In this document: piece after piece, positions 36,396-50,407 of the stretch
How positions within the stretch are numbered: position 1 is the first letter of the stretch
Layout of the letters: the number at the start of each line of letters is the position of its first letter
NCBI RefSeq assembly: GCF_004010195.1
Contig: NC_057749.1
Location: 17,377,778-17,441,777 of the forward strand
Origin: Chiloscyllium plagiosum
Taxonomy: Eukaryota
Length of the DNA: 64,000 bases
Direction: 5' to 3'
Program-made: the position numbers and the translations under genes
The notes under the pieces: model-generated
Seen by the model: the letters and a program-made list of their open reading frames with translations, nothing else
Database searches by the model: none
Told to the model about the DNA's origin: nothing

Positions 36396-39300
36396 ATGCA
36401 CAGGAGGCTGCTAAATAAGATAAGACTGGTGTTAGGGCAACATACTGGCATGGATAGAGGATTGGCTGACTGGCAGAAGGCACAGAGTATGAATAAAGAG
36501 CTCTTTTTCGGGTTGGCAGCCAGTGACTAGTGGAATTCTGCTGAGGTTAGTGATGAGACCACAATTATTCACGTTATACATTAATGACCTGAACAAAGAA
36601 ACTGAAGGCATTGTTACTAAGTTTGCAGATGATACAAAGGTAGGTGGAGAGTCGGGTCGTGTTGAGGAAACTAGAAGGGTGCAGAAAGACTTGGGCGTAC
36701 TAGGTGAGTGGACAAGGAAGTGGTAGATGGAATACAACATGGGAAAGTATAAGAGAATAGAGGCATAAACTATTTTCTAAATGGGGGAAAGCTTTTGAAA
36801 TCTGAATCACAAAGGGACTTGGGAGTCCTAGCTTCGGACTCTCAAGCTTAAGATTCAGGTTCATTTGGCAGTTCAGAAGAATGAGTGTTTCCTGCAGTTG
36901 AAAGTTCAGATCCCACTGCCCTGCATTTTTTCTGGAGTCTCTTTCCACTGAAATAATAGCCTGCCTTTTGATGTTTTTGACCAAAGTGCACAATCTCACA
37001 TTTTCGTACATAACACTGTGCCTGCTGTGTTTTTGCCCACTACTCAACCTAACACCTCTTGCAGATTCCTTATGGCCTTATGACTACTTACCCTCCCAGA
37101 TATTTTTGAATCATTAACAAATTTGGATCTATTGTAGTTATATTCCCCTGACCCTCTGCCAAGCCATTCATATAGATAGTAAATAATTGAGGCCCTGAGA
37201 CTGATGCTTGTGGCATTTCACTATTTCCATCTTTCCAACCTGATAAGGTGCATTAATCCTGACTCTGTCTTCTCTGTGTTAATCAATCTCCAATCCATGC
37301 CAATACATAATCCATAATACTGAGTTCCTATCTTGTGCATTTTTTTTTGGCATCTCATCAAATGCCTTCTGGAAATCTACTGGTTCCCCTTTGTCAACTG
37401 AGCATGTTGTTCCCTCAAAGAACTTTAGAAAATTAGTCAAACATGACTTCCCTTTCAGAAAACTGTTGATGTTGCTTGATTGCATTAAGCTTTTCTGAAT
37501 GTCCAGTTATTCCTTTCTTAATGAACCCTAGCATTAGAGATAGATGTTAGGCTAATTGGCCCATCATTACCTGCTTTCCATTTCCCACCTTCTTGAAAAA
37601 GTGAGTAACATTATTGGTTTTCCAATCCACAATCCAGTAAATTCTGGAACATTTTATGCAAAACCCTTGGATGGACATCATTAGGTCATTGAAACTTGTT
37701 TGCCTTTTAATCCCATTAGTTTATCAGAATACTTTGTCCCTTATGATAGTTGCTAGACCTTTCCTCCATTAGCACCTTGCTCATCTCTATCTTTGAGAAA
37801 GATCTTTCACTGTGAAGACTGATAAAAATATTGATTTAAATTACCTGCTATTTCCCTGTTCCACATTCCCAATCCCCAGTCATATCCTCCAAACGTCACA
37901 CACTCACTTTGCCTGCTCTTTTTCTTTTTATATGCTCAGAGAAGTTCCTAGTTTTTTCTCTTTATATTTCTTACCAACCTACTTTCATAATCAATTTGTC
38001 CCTCTTCATTTTAATCTTAGTCATTTGTTGGTTCCTGGAAAAAAAACAATCTTCTGGCGTGCCACTGGTTTTTTTGCTGCTTTCTACGTCTTAGATTTTG
38101 ACTGAATACTCTCTCGGACTGCTGCTGTTGACCGTGGGAGGTTCATACTTCTCAAAAGTCCTTTTTAACTGGAACAAATTTTTGTTGAGTGTTAATGAAA
38201 TTTCTGCTTAAATGTCATCTTCTGCTCAAGCACTGTCTTGCCCTTAGTCTGTTTTTCTTGCTGTCTTAAGCAAGTCTTTCATCATCCCTCTGCAATTGCC
38301 TTTATTGCAGTTGACGATGTTGGTTTGAGATGCAATTTGCTCGTCCTTGTTCCGAATTTGAAATTTGGCCACAATGTGATGGCTGTTGCATAGGGGATCA
38401 TTAACTATGCGGTTTCTTATTAATCCTACCTCATTACATTATTAGACATAAAACACCTTAGAACATAGAACAGTAGAGCACAGGAACGGGCCCTTTGGCT
38501 CACGGTGTTGTGCTGCACGTGACGCCAAATTAAATGAATCCCTTCTGCCTGCCCTTGATCCATATCCCTCCATTCCCTGCATATTCATGTGCTTATCTGA
38601 AAGCCCCTTAAATGCACGTATTGTTTCTATTTTCACCACCACCCCGGCAATGAGTTCCAGACACCTACCATTCTCTGTAAACAAAACAACTTGTCCTTTG
38701 AACTTCCCCCTCTTGCCTTAAATGTGTGTCCCCTGGTACTAGCCATTTCAACTCTGGGGAAAAAGATTCTGACCGTTAACCCTATGTATGCACCTCATAA
38801 TTTTACGGACTTCTATCAAGTCTTCCCTCACCCTCAGTCGCTCCAGAGAAAACAACCCTAGTTATTCTAGCCTCTCCTTATAGCTCACATCCTCAAATCC
38901 AGGCCACATCCTGGAAAATGTCTTCTGCTCCTCTCCAGAGCCTCACATCCTTCCTGTAATTTGGCAACCAGAATTGAACGCAGTACTCTAAGTGTGGCTG
39001 AACCAAAGTCTTATAAAGCTGCAAAATGACATCCTGACCGTTGTTCTCAATGCCCCAATCAATTAAGGCAAACATGCCATACACCACCTTTACCACCCTA
39101 TTCACTTGTGTATCTGCTTTCAGGGAGCTATGGACTTGAACCCCCAAGATCCCTCTGTACATCAATGTTGTTCAGGGTCCTGTAATTAACTGTATATTTT
39201 GTCTTAACATTTGATCTCCTAAAATGCAGTACCTCATACCTAACCGGATTAAACTCTATCTGCCATTTCTCCACCCATATCTGCAACTGATCTATATTCA

Positions 39301-40050
39301 GTTGAATCCTTTTGACAACCTTCTACACTATCCACAACTCCATCGATCTTTTTGTTGCCTGCAAATTTATCAACTCAACCATCTATGTCTTCATCCAAGC
39401 TATTTACATATATCACAAACAGCAGAGATCCCAGCATGGATTCCTACAGAACTCTACTAGTCATGAACTTCCAGACAGTAAAACATCCTTCCAGCATTGC
39501 CCACTGCCTTCTATGGGAAAGCCAATTTTGAGTCCAAGTGACCAAGTCACCGTGGATCCCATGCATCTTAATCTTCTGGATGAGCCTGTTATGAGGGACC
39601 TTGTCAACAGCCTTACTAAAATCCATGTAGAGAACATCTACTGCTATACCCTCATCAATCACCTTTGTTTCCTTCTTGAAAAATTCAATCAAATTATTAA
39701 GTCTTCATCTGCCCCGCACAAAGCAATGCTGACTGTTCCTAATTAGGCCATGCTTTTCCAAATGCACGTAAATCCTACTCCTAAATATTCTCTCTAATAA
39801 GCTTCCCAACCACCGATGTAAGACTCACCAGTCTACTTCCTTCCTTGAACAGAGGAACAACATTACCTCCTCACCAGTCTTCTGGGACCTCTCCGATGGC
39901 TGGCAAGAATACAAAGATTTTGGTCAAGGCCCCAGAAAACACCTCTTTTGCCTCTCTCAATAATCTGTGCTGGACACCATTGAGCCTTTAGGACTTATCT
40001 CCTCTAATGCTCTTCAAGAGACCCAACACGACTTTTATCTATATCTCAAA
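36396..40050. mobile_element. CR1 cluster (plus 36396-36870; old minus 36870-38440; minus 38450-40050)
   Basis: LFTLYINDL...KFADDTKV, KSCLTNFLKFFE, LYMDFSKAVDKVPH and QPHLEYCVQFW fragments. Confidence 0.85.
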
Positions 40051-40074
40051 ATAGCGTAGCATATTGCAGCTTGT

Positions 40075-40129
40075 GCAACATAATGTTCTAAGAAGCGCAA
40101 CATAATGTTCTAAGAAGCAAAACATAATG
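40075..40129 (+). repeat. 22-bp tandem duplication (about 2.5 copies)
   Basis: GCAACATAATGTTCTAAGAAGC twice, plus a partial third copy. Confidence 0.9.
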
Positions 40130-41264
40130 CCCTCTAAATTCTTCTGCCATGCGACTCTTGCATATTGGATTTGTCGGGTCAGTTTGCAAATTAAAATTGC
40201 CTATGATAATTGTAGTACCCTTTTTGTGCACCTTCATTATTTCCTGATTTATACTTTGTACTTCAGTGAGTTCTTCCCTAAAGTAGGAATTTTAAACTCT
40301 TTGTCCTGCATTTCTACTTTTTTATGTGCTGCTTCATTATCAATGTATTTCTCTGACTGTTTGAATCAAATTGTGATGTTGTTTTGAAAGAAGACTGTCC
40401 AAAGCTCAACATTTTATTTCAGATTTTCCTGCCAACAGTTTGCTGATTATTAACTGGTTTTGACATTTAGCCAAATTACACCAGGTGGTTGTCAATACTT
40501 GATTAGATTTCCTGACCAGAATCTTGTATTGACTGTTGTGTTTACACATGGCAGTGTTAACATTTCAACATTAAGTTCTGTACATAATTTCTTATCTGGC
40601 TTACTTATTTTGACCAAACCCTTTTGAGTACTAATTGCTCTTACCGACTACATTGTCAAAATGTTTAACAGATTTGATTATAATCAAAATATCCTCTAAA
40701 TGTAAAGGAAAAATCTGAATATGCTTGTGCTCATATAGTAGATTATTACACATCAAAATATTTAAAAACACTTAATATACAATGAATTACTTTTCAATAT
40801 AGTGACTGTAAAGCCGGCAACAACAGTAGCAGTAGTTTGCACGACTTATGGTTTTTCAATGTGAATGATCTCTGATTCATCGTGCATATTTAAGACATTG
40901 TTGTGTTTCAGCCTAAAATTGCTATTTTCTCAAAGCTGTAGACACCACGAAAGTCAAGAAAACATCTTGAGGACAATTGGAAACTTTGACTCATTTGTTG
41001 CACATTTCAAGCTGAGGACAAGCCCTTGATGCTTATTCAGGAAGTGTTATATCCTAGCATTTACTGGATGAATCATGAACTCTCAAAGAGCTAATGTTCC
41101 TATTTCAGTGTTATGTTCGAATACTTTGTGTGTTTGTTAATCCTTTTCATAGAATGAATGAGTGATGCAACTGAACAGTCATTAAATATACTTGTTAGAT
41201 TAATTCTTTGAATTATAATTCAATTACTTTTACTGTAATGTGTAGAATGCAATTGAATGGAGAA

Positions 41265-43255
41265 TTCTTTTATGCATCACTGTGTTGTGGCTGGCCAGCA
41301 TATTTACTATCCATCCCTAATTGCCTTTGAGAAAGTGATAATGAGCTGCCTTCTGAACTGCTGCGACCCATGTGCTTTAGGTAGACCCATAATGCCCCTG
41401 AGGAAGGAATTCCAGGATTTTGACCCAACAACAGTGAAGAATGGGATATATTTCCAAGTCAGGGTGGTGAATGGCTTGAGGGAAACTTGCAGGTGGTGAT
41501 GTTCTTGTGCATCTGCTGCCTTGTACTTCTAGTTGGAAGTGGTAATGAGCTTGAAAGGTGCTGCCTAAGCTCTTGTTACATTCAGTATCTGCAAATGGTA
41601 ATGAACATTGTGCAATCATTGGCGAACGTACCCACTTCTGACTTTATGGTAGAGGGAAGACTATGTATGAAGCAGCTGAAGATGCTTGGGCCTCGAGTCC
41701 TACCCTTAGGAACTCATACGGAGGTGTCTTGGGACTGAAATGACTAATCTCCAACAGCCACAGCCATCTTGCTATGTGTCAGCAGAGAGTTTGGCATTTC
41801 AGACAGAAGATTGCTGTGAATGCTTTTGCCTTTGCATTGATGTGCTGGGTTCTTGCATCATTGAATCCTATTTGGTATTTTCAACAGGTTGATGCCTCAT
41901 TTTTAGGTATGCTGTGTATTGCTCCTGGCATGCCCTCTTGCACATTCCTTTGGTCCCCTGGTTTGATGGTAATGGTTGAGTGGGGGATATGCTGGGCCAT
42001 GAGGTTGCAGATAGTGTTGGAGTACCACTCTGCTGCTGATGGCCCACAATGCCTTACAATGCCCAGTCTTGAGTGGCTAAATCTGTCTCTCCCAGTTATC
42101 GTGGTAATAGTGCCACACAACATGGTGGAGAGTATTCTCATTGTGAAGGTGGGACTTCATTGCCACAAGGATGTGCAGTGGTCACTCTTACTAATGTTGT
42201 CATGGTGAAGACGAGGTCAAGCATGCCTTTCTTTCTTGTTGGTTCTCTCATCACGTGCCAAGGATCCAGTCCAGCAGCTTTGTGCTTTAGGATCCAACCA
42301 GTTACATGAGTAATGCTGCCCCCCCCCCCCCCAGCCACTCTTGTTGGTGCACATTAAAATTCCCCGCCCAGAATATATTTTGCATCATTGTCAGACTTGC
42401 CACGCTCAGTGCTTCCTCCACGTGTTATTCAACATGGAAGAGCATTGATTCATCAGATGAGAAAGGACAGTACATGGTGATCAGGAAGTTTCCTTGCCCA
42501 TGTTTAACCTGATGCCATGCCATGAGATGTCATGGTGTCTTGAGTCATATTTGAGGAGTTCCATGGCAACTCCCTCCCGGTTATATCCCACTGCTGGGTC
42601 TGTCCTGCCTGTGGGATTGGCTATATTGAGGGATGATGATGGTGATGTTTGGAACATTGTCTGTAAGGTATGATGCCATGAATATGACATTATCAGGCTG
42701 TTGCTTTACTAGCCTGTGCGATACCTGTCCCAATTTTGACACTAGCCCCTATAAAATTTTTAAAGAGGACTTTGCAGGGGCAACAGGGCTGTTTTTCAAT
42801 TATCATTTCCAGTTTCTAGGTTGATGCCAGGTGGTCCATCCAGTTTCATTTCTTTGTTGAAATTTTGTAGCAATTGATACAACTGAGTGACTTGTTGGAC
42901 CATTTCAGACAGTTGAGAGTCAACTATCTTGCTGTGGCTTTGGAGTTGCATGTAGGGGTAGATCAGGTGAGGAAGGTAGATTTCCTCTTGCTCCTCGGAT
43001 TCTGTCTAATCTGCTGTGTTTTTTCCAACGACGTGCTTTATCAACTGAGTTTCCACCATGTGCAGTTCTTACTTTCTCCTAGATTTCCTTCCCTGAAGGG
43101 CATTAGTGAACCAGATGGATCTTCTAACAATCAACAATAGTTTCATCGTCATTAGAGGATTCTTCATTCCAGACTCTCTTTTATAATGGTGGGATTTGAA
43201 GACAGGTCCCCAGTGAGTTTCTGGTTTAATTGTCCAGTGATATTACCACCAGGCC
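41265..43255 (-). mobile_element. Internally deleted CR1-group LINE (non-classical CR1; L2/Crack/Daphne-like) with tRNA-like 5' head
   Basis: AP-endonuclease remnant REPTRKKGMLDLVFT (42138..42338), collinear with 46680-52905. Head at about 43187-43255. A small PLE repeat is inserted at 42987-43079 with TAGATTTCCT duplicated. Confidence 0.75.
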
Positions 43256-43469
43256 GCAGACTCTCCAAATTCGGCCCTCCCCCAATTCTGTCGGGATTAT
43301 GGGCAAAGCTAGATATGTCCTATAACCTTGTAACATCATTTCCTCCTGATTTTATTCACTGTTCATGCAGTTAGCTTACTAAATGGTTGTTGTATTCTCC
43401 ATAAATAGATTTTAAAGACTACTTTATCAGCTTAGCATGGGTTCACAATGCTTCAACTCTATCTTGCAG

Positions 43470-43576
43470 ATGCAGTCTACGCGGAATGACGATCAGAAGA
43501 AGCTGCACAAAGCACAGTCTCAAGATGAATTGGGCAGGTTGGACCCTGTTCAAGAAAGTTATGTCCCAGATGGCAG
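43470..43576 (+). CDS. MYO9A: Myosin IXa tail exon (MQSTRNDDQKKLHKAQSQDELGRLDPVQESYVPDG)
   Basis: ttgcag|ATG...AG|gtaatg, 107 nt, phase 0 to 2. KLHKxxSQ motif. A second in-frame AG lies 6 nt downstream. Confidence 0.85.
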
Positions 43577-44917
43577 GTAATGAGAGATGAGACTTTTTAT
43601 AATAAATCTGTGCACAGCCGGTATTAACACTCTGGGTGGGCTGAAGACCAGAACAATTAGCAAGAGTTCTTGCAGCTTATGACTATCTGGGTCACACGGG
43701 GTGCAAAGCATTTATCCTTGCATGTTTGGTGCTGATATAATTTTATTTGACTGATGACCTCCGAGAATAATTTCCTGTCTAGGTTCACTTCAGAAAGAGA
43801 ACACTTGGAGCTTTTGGAGTTACTGATGCTCAAAGTACCACACTGCCTTTAGTAGTTAAAGGGTGAAAATTTGAAACAAAAAATGTACTCTTAAAAAATA
43901 TTGTGTGGACTGATTTGTTCTTTCAATATCATTTTAACACGAACCAAATTTGGAAATCCTGCTGTTTTCAGTGCACACACTGAATGACCTCCTCGTGGAC
44001 ACCTCTTATCTACATTCCACAATATCTCACCAAACATTGACATCAGGTGCATGTTCTTTTTATAAAAGTGATGGATAGATCATGTGTATTTAATTTATGT
44101 TCAGACTACAGATACAGTCATTGGTTTGAGTTACAAACTAATGGCTGTGACAGCAATGTCATGTAAATATATGCTGGTGTTTAAATTTACAAAAGAGTTT
44201 TGAAGCTTTCTGCCAATTAATTTTAACTGCATAATGGTTAACGTCTTGTTACAAGGAAATCCTGAGCTTCTCATCAAACATAAGATTCCTTTATGTCTCT
44301 GATTTTCTTCTGATTCTCTGGAGAATGAATTCTACACCCCACTGTCTCTCCTTGTTTTCAGTCAACTGTCAGCCATGCATGATCTCCTTATTGACTTTAG
44401 GATATCAATTGCTCAGTTGTAGATATTTTTAATCAAATTGTCCAGATGTGTTACAATACATCTCCAGGGCAGATGAGACTTCCACCTGGACTTTCTGGTC
44501 CGGAGGTAGGGTCACTGCCACTATGCCACAATGCCCATTGCTCATTTGTAAATGAAGACAAGCTCCCCACGTTCATTTCATTTAATTGATATTGATGATC
44601 TTGACATGATAAGTTTGAAAAAAATCAGTTTATTGAAAATCCAGTGCAGCTATCGGAGAGAGATCCTTGAATCTCCTATCATTTGCATTAGTAAGTTTAA
44701 GGATACTTACAAAGCCAGGTTGATTGATACACATTGGTTTTTTTTTGTAGTTAACTACTCCCTGGAGTGTTTCCTAACTTTGAATTTCGTGCAACCTGCT
44801 TTTTCAATCAATAGGTTTGCATGGCAAATGAAACATCGTGGGTGTTATGTTCATTCTGATATCTGGGTATTAACCACTGAGGTAAAGTCCTGCCACCAAG
44901 CCTCCTTCCAGTGCTAG

Positions 44918-45009
44918 ATTAGAGTGGTGCTGGAAAAGTACAGCAGGTCAGGCGGCATCCGAGGAGCAGGAAAATCGACGTTTTGGGCAAAAGCCCTTCA
45001 TCAGGAATG
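44918..45009 (-). mobile_element. 92-bp solo PLE terminal repeat
   Basis: Perfect 14-bp direct repeat CCTTCCAGTGCTAG at 44904-44917 and 45010-45023; same family as 62523-62640. Confidence 0.9.
44971..45008 (-). ncRNA. Hammerhead ribozyme motif (G12 to A, likely inactive)
   Basis: Reverse complement reads auuc-CUGAUGA-A-GGGC[uuuu]GCCC-AAAAC-GUC-gauu. Confidence 0.7.
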
Positions 45010-45445
45010 CCTTCCAGTGCTAGTCTAAATAGTCATTTAGTCATCTGTGGCGGAAGGTGGGCCATGAATAAATCTTTGCAGAAGAGACTCTTGCCTTGAA
45101 TAATGTGATGCAGTATATTATGTAATAGTAGCAATATACAAGTTTTGTTATTAGTTATGTATATTATCCATTACTAATAAATGGTAAACAATAAACACAC
45201 AACTCCGTCAGGAGACTACCAGATCCCAGCTGATTCACTTCCCAGAGGTTGTGAAATCATCAGACTGTGTGGATCTCAGTTCAAATGTTAATTCTTTCAG
45301 ACCATTATCTGATACGACACTGGCGATGATGGAAATCCTGAACAAGGATAAATAATTCCTATTCACAATTCAAGTCCATAGTTGTATGATCCATATTGAC
45401 AGAGCTGACTGAGCATGTTGACTAACATTTGATTTTTGGCCATAG

Positions 45446-45654
45446 AGCTGTTTTGAAGGGTCGTATGAGGTTCTGGGGAAACAGAAAACAAGGAGAAAAG
45501 AAGCTCTCAAGAGAGAAGCTAGCTACTCAGTCAGAGCTGCAGGAGCCCAGCATGGGTCAGGATGTCCAGGGGCCACTATGGAGAAGAGAGCTCAAACCCA
45601 GTGAGGCTGTACTTAATCTAACCACCACTGAAGGAAGGGACAGTCCTTTTAAAG
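45446..45654 (+). CDS. MYO9A: Myosin IXa tail exon (AVLKGRMRFWGNRKQGEKKLSREKL...DSPFK)
   Basis: catag|A GCT...AAA G|gtaaat, 209 nt, phase 2 to 1. MRFW...KQGEKK motif. Confidence 0.88.
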
Positions 45655-45990
45655 GTAAATAGGGAAGAGTTTTCTTAAGTTCAAACTGTATTTTACAAGC
45701 TCATTAAATGCTTTATCTTATCTTTCAGAAACCTTTCGAAGTATTTCACGTATTATGTGGCTTGTGGCTGTTGTTTTAGATAATGACAAACTACTTTTGG
45801 ATTGTAAGATCTTGCAAGTAGGAATGAGATAAATATCATGCAGTCTGTGTTGTTGGAAACAATACTGGTCAGGATATGAAGTTAAACCACTGTTCTTAAT
45901 CAAGACTTGGAGGTGTCTGTGTTGGACTGACGTGGACAAAGTTAAAAATCTCACAACACCAGGTTATAGTCCAACAGGTTTGTTTGGAAG

Positions 45991-46025
45991 CGCTAGCTTT
46001 CGGAGCACTGCTCTTTCTTCAGGTG
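45991..46025 (-). ncRNA. Hammerhead ribozyme motif (core intact, stem mismatches)
   Basis: Reverse complement reads cac-CUGAAGA-A-AGAGC[agu]GCUCC-GAAAG-CUA-gcg. Same family as 31441-31475. Confidence 0.75.
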
Positions 46026-46271
46026 GTTGTGGAGGATAACATCATGATAACAGAATTTATAGCCAAAGGAGTCCAGTGTCATAGAGATATGATACACTGA
46101 ACAATTGTGGATTAAATGTTTCATCTTTTAGAATGGGATATGCTGGTTTTTGTTTTTTGATATGTAAATCCCAGAACTACTTTTAATTACATTCTCAAGA
46201 TAGATCAGCCTTTCTAACAATGTATAAAATCACACAACACCAGGTTATAGTCCAACAGGTTTATTTGGAAG

Positions 46272-46306
46272 GACAGGCTTTCAGAGCGCTGCTCCTTCAT
46301 CAGGTG
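46272..46306 (-). ncRNA. Hammerhead ribozyme motif (cleavage triplet mutated)
   Basis: Reverse complement reads cac-CUGAUGA-A-GGAGC[agc]GCUCU-GAAAG-CCU-guc. Confidence 0.7.
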
Positions 46307-46459
46307 GTTTTCTAACAATAGGTGTGAAGTCTGTCTGTGTCCCAGTGTTGAGTCAGACTGACAAGCCCTGTATATAGTTTGAGTTTTACATGGATTCATG
46401 TCATTTTTGAGCAAAATAAAATGTAATTCTGCAAAAACAAATTCACCCCATAAACTTTT

Positions 46460-46675
46460 ATGTGTGCATGTGTAGGAGTGGCAGAGTGAGTGTGCGTGTG
46501 TGAGTGTGAGTGCAAGTGAAAGAGTGTGTGTGTGTGCGCGTGATGAGGTATATATCTATGAGAGGGTGCGTGTGTGGGTGTCAGTGCAGGAGTGTGTGCA
46601 TGTGCATATGTGAGAGAGCTTGTGTATGAGAGGTATCTGCATGGGTATGTGAATATGTAGGAGTGTGTGTGTGAC
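46460..46675 (+). repeat. Degenerate (GT)n/(GA)n microsatellite
   Basis: GT-rich alternating tract; explains the His/Thr-rich spurious ORFs. Confidence 0.9.
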
Positions 46676-49600
46676 ACGGAGGTTGACTCTTAACTGCTCT
46701 CTAAAATGGCCTAGCAAACCATTCAGTTGTACCAATCGTGACAAAGTCTCAAAGAAATGAAACCAGATGGATTGCTTGGCATCAACTTAGGCACCAGAAA
46801 AGACAATGGCAGAAATAGCCCTGTTGACCCTGCAAAGTCCACCTTAATAACATCTGGGGGCTAGTGCCAAAATTGATAGTGCTATCTCATAGACAAGTCA
46901 AGCAACAGCCTGACATATTCATACTCACGGAATCATATCTTATAGACAATGTCCTAGACACCACCATCACCATCCTTGGATAAGTCCTGTCCCACTAGTA
47001 GGACAGACCCAACAGTGGTGGCAGAACAGTGTGATACGGGAGGAAGGAAGTTGCCTTGGGAATCCTCAGCATTGACTCCAGACCTCGTGAAGTCTAGTGG
47101 CTTCAGGTTAAAATTGGAAAAGGAGAAAACAGAAACCTCCTGCTGATTGTCACATACCCTCCTCCCTCAGCAGATGAATCGGTACTCCTCCATGTTGAAC
47201 AACTCCATGAGGAACCAATGAGGATGGCAAGCTTACAAAATGTACTCTGGATGGGGCATTTCTTTGTCCACCGCCATGAGTGGCTTGGAAACAGTATGAC
47301 TGAGCTGGACAGGTCCTAAAAGACATTGCTGCCAGACTTTATCTGCAGCAGGTGGTGAGAGAACCAAGAGGGAAAAGCATACTTGACCTCATCCTTACCA
47401 AACTGCCAGCTACAGATGCATCTGTCCATGAGAGTATCGGTAAGAGCAACCACTGCACAGTCTTTATGGAACGAAGTCTGCCTTCACATTGAGAATAACC
47501 TGCGTTATGTGTGGCACTATCACCGTGCTAATGGGACAGACTTTAAACCGATCTAGCGACTCAAGACTGGGCATCCATGAGGCTCTGTGGGCCATTAATA
47601 GTAGCAGAATTGTATCCCAAAGCAATCCATAATCTCATTGCCTGGTATATCCCCCTCTCCAGTGATACCATCAAGTTAGGCGATCAACCTTAGTTCAATG
47701 AACAGTGCAGGAGGGCATGCCAGCAGACCACCAGACATACCTGAAGATGAGATGTCAACCTGGTGACACCATTCGAGGATTACTTACATGCCAAACAGCA
47801 TAAACAGCAAGTGATAGGCAGAGCTACGTGATTTCACAACCAGTGGAGCAGGTCTAAGCTCTAGTCTGCTACATCCAGTTGCAAATGGTGGTTGGCAATT
47901 AAACAACTCACTGGAGGCTCCACAAGTATCCCCATCCTCATGATGGAAGAGCTGAGCACATCAATGCAAAAGATAAAGCTGAAACTTTTACTGCAATCTT
48001 CAGCCAGAGGTGCCAAGTGGATGATCCATTTTGGCTTCATCCAGTGGTCTCCAGCATCACAGATAGGACTTCAGCCAATTTGATTCACTTCACATGAAAC
48101 CAAGAAACAGTTAGAGACTCTGGATACTGCAAAGGTCATGGGTCCTGACAGCATTCTGGCAATAGTATTGAAGACTAGATCTTCCTCAGTCAACAGCCTC
48201 CCTCCAAACCTGGGGACATGGGACAATAGGGAAATAGCACAGATATTACATCAATATTTTCTCTAATTTCATGGTGAGATATAAAAAGAAAATTACCAAT
48301 TATAGGGCTCAAAGAGCCTGGGAACTAAAGACCAGTAAGCCAAACGTCTGTGGTGAGTGAGTTACTTAATATGATTGTGAAGGATAAGATGTACATGCAT
48401 TTGGAACGACAGTGTTTGATTAGGAGTAGTCAGCATGGCTTTGTAGATGGGAGATTATGCTTCACAAATTTGATGAAGTGACCAGGAAGTTTGACAAGGG
48501 CAGGGTGACAGACGTAGTCTGGATGGATGTAGTCTAAAGGCCTTACAGCCTTTGATAAGGTTCCACATGGTAGGCCACTCTGGAAGGTTGGATCTCATGG
48601 AATCCAGGGCAAGCTGGCAAATTAGATACACAATTGGCTTGATAGTAGGAAGCAGAGGGTAATAATTGAAGGAAGGTAATAGTTGAAGGATGCTTGTCTG
48701 ACTTGCTGGACTGTTGACTGTTGGAGTCCATTAGGAGTCGGTGCTGTGGCAATTATTGTTTGTTGTCCATATCAGTGAGTTGGATGAGAATGTACAAGTT
48801 ATGAGTAGTCAGTTTGCTGATGACACTAAAATAAATGGTATTGTGGACAGTGAGCAGGATTATCTGAAAATGCAGCAGGACCTTGATCAGCTGGGGAAGT
48901 GGGCAGAGAAATGGCAAATGGTGTTTAATAAAGATGAGAAAATCTCCCGGACCTGAACGTTGCCACCCAGGCTGATAGTGCTGTTAAGAAGGCATACGGT
49001 ATGTTAGGTTTCATTGGTAGAGGGATTGAGTTCCGGAACCGTAATATCATGCTGCAACTATACAAAACGCGGCCGCACTTGGAATATTGTGTACAGTTCT
49101 GGTTGCCCTATTACAGGAAGGACGTGGAAGTATTGGAAGAGGTGCAGAGGAGATTTACGAGGATGTTGCCTGGTCTGGAGGGAAGGTCTTATGAGGAAAG
49201 GCTGAGAGACTTGGGTCTGTTCTCATTGGAAAGAAGAAGGCTAAGAGGGGAGTTGATAGAGACATACAAGATGATCAGAGGATTAGATAGGGTAGACAGT
49301 GAAAGTTTTTTTCCCAGGATGATGATGTCAGCTTGTACGAGGGGACATAAACATATTACCCCTCAATTTGTAGTTAAGTCAGATGTCAAAGGCAGGTTCT
49401 TTACGCAGAGAGTGATAAGGGCATGGAATGCCTTGCCTGTCAATGTAGTTAAGAGCCACATTAGGGAGATTAAAACAATCCTTGGATAAGCACATGGATA
49501 AGGATAGGATAGTGTAGGGGGAAGAGCTGAGAATAGTTCACAGGTCGGCACAACATTGAGAGCCGAAGGGCCTGTTCTGCACCATATTGGTTTATGTTCT

Positions 49601-50407
49601 GTGACCTGATCAGGTGTACCCTAGAACTCTGTGGTAAGCTAGGGAAGTGATTGCTGCAACCCTTGCTGAGATATTTGTATTATTGATAGTCACAGGTGAG
49701 GTGCCGGAAGACTGGAGATTGGCTAATGTGGTCCGACTATTTAAGAAAGGTGGTAAGGACAAACCAGGGAACTATAGACCAATGAGCTTGATGATGGTGA
49801 TGGGCAATTTGTTGGTGGGAATCTTGAGGGACAGAATTTACATGTATTTGGAAAGGCAAGGATTGATTAGGGATAGTCAACATGTCTTCATGCGTGGGAA
49901 ATCATGTCTCACTAACTTGATTGAGTTTTTTGAAGAAGTAATGAAGAGGATTGATGAGGGCAGAGCGGTGAATGTAATCTATATGGACTTCAATAAGGCA
50001 TTCGACAAGGTTCCCCATGGGAGACTGATTAGCAAGGTTCGATCTCATGGAGTACAGGGAGAACTATCCATTTGTATACAGAACTGGCTCGAAGGTAGAA
50101 GACAGGGGGTGGTGGTGGAGGGTTGTTTTTCAGACTGGAGGCTTGTGACTAGTGGAGTGCCACAAGGATTGGTGCTGGGTTCACTACTTTTCATCATTTA
50201 TATAAATGATTTGGATGTGAACATATGAGCTATAGTTAATACGTTTACAAATGACACCAAAATTAGAGGTGTAGTGGACAGTGAAGAAGGTTACCTCAGA
50301 GTACAATGGCACCTGGATCAGATGGGCCAATGGGCTGAGGAATGGCAGATGGAATTTAATTTAGATAAATGCGAGGTGTTATACAGGACTTATACACTTA
50401 ATAGAAA

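Larger units (their letters stand above)
45903..46460 (-). mobile_element. Tandem hammerhead-bearing repeat element next to a GT microsatellite
   Basis: Direct repeats at about 45943-46029 and 46226-46309, each with a hammerhead motif. Confidence 0.75.

Noticed and set aside
40075..40129. CRISPR-like direct repeat
   Set aside because: Adjacent tandem duplication with no spacers, in a vertebrate intron.
46396..46744. His/Thr-rich ORFs
   Set aside because: Translation of a GT microsatellite.
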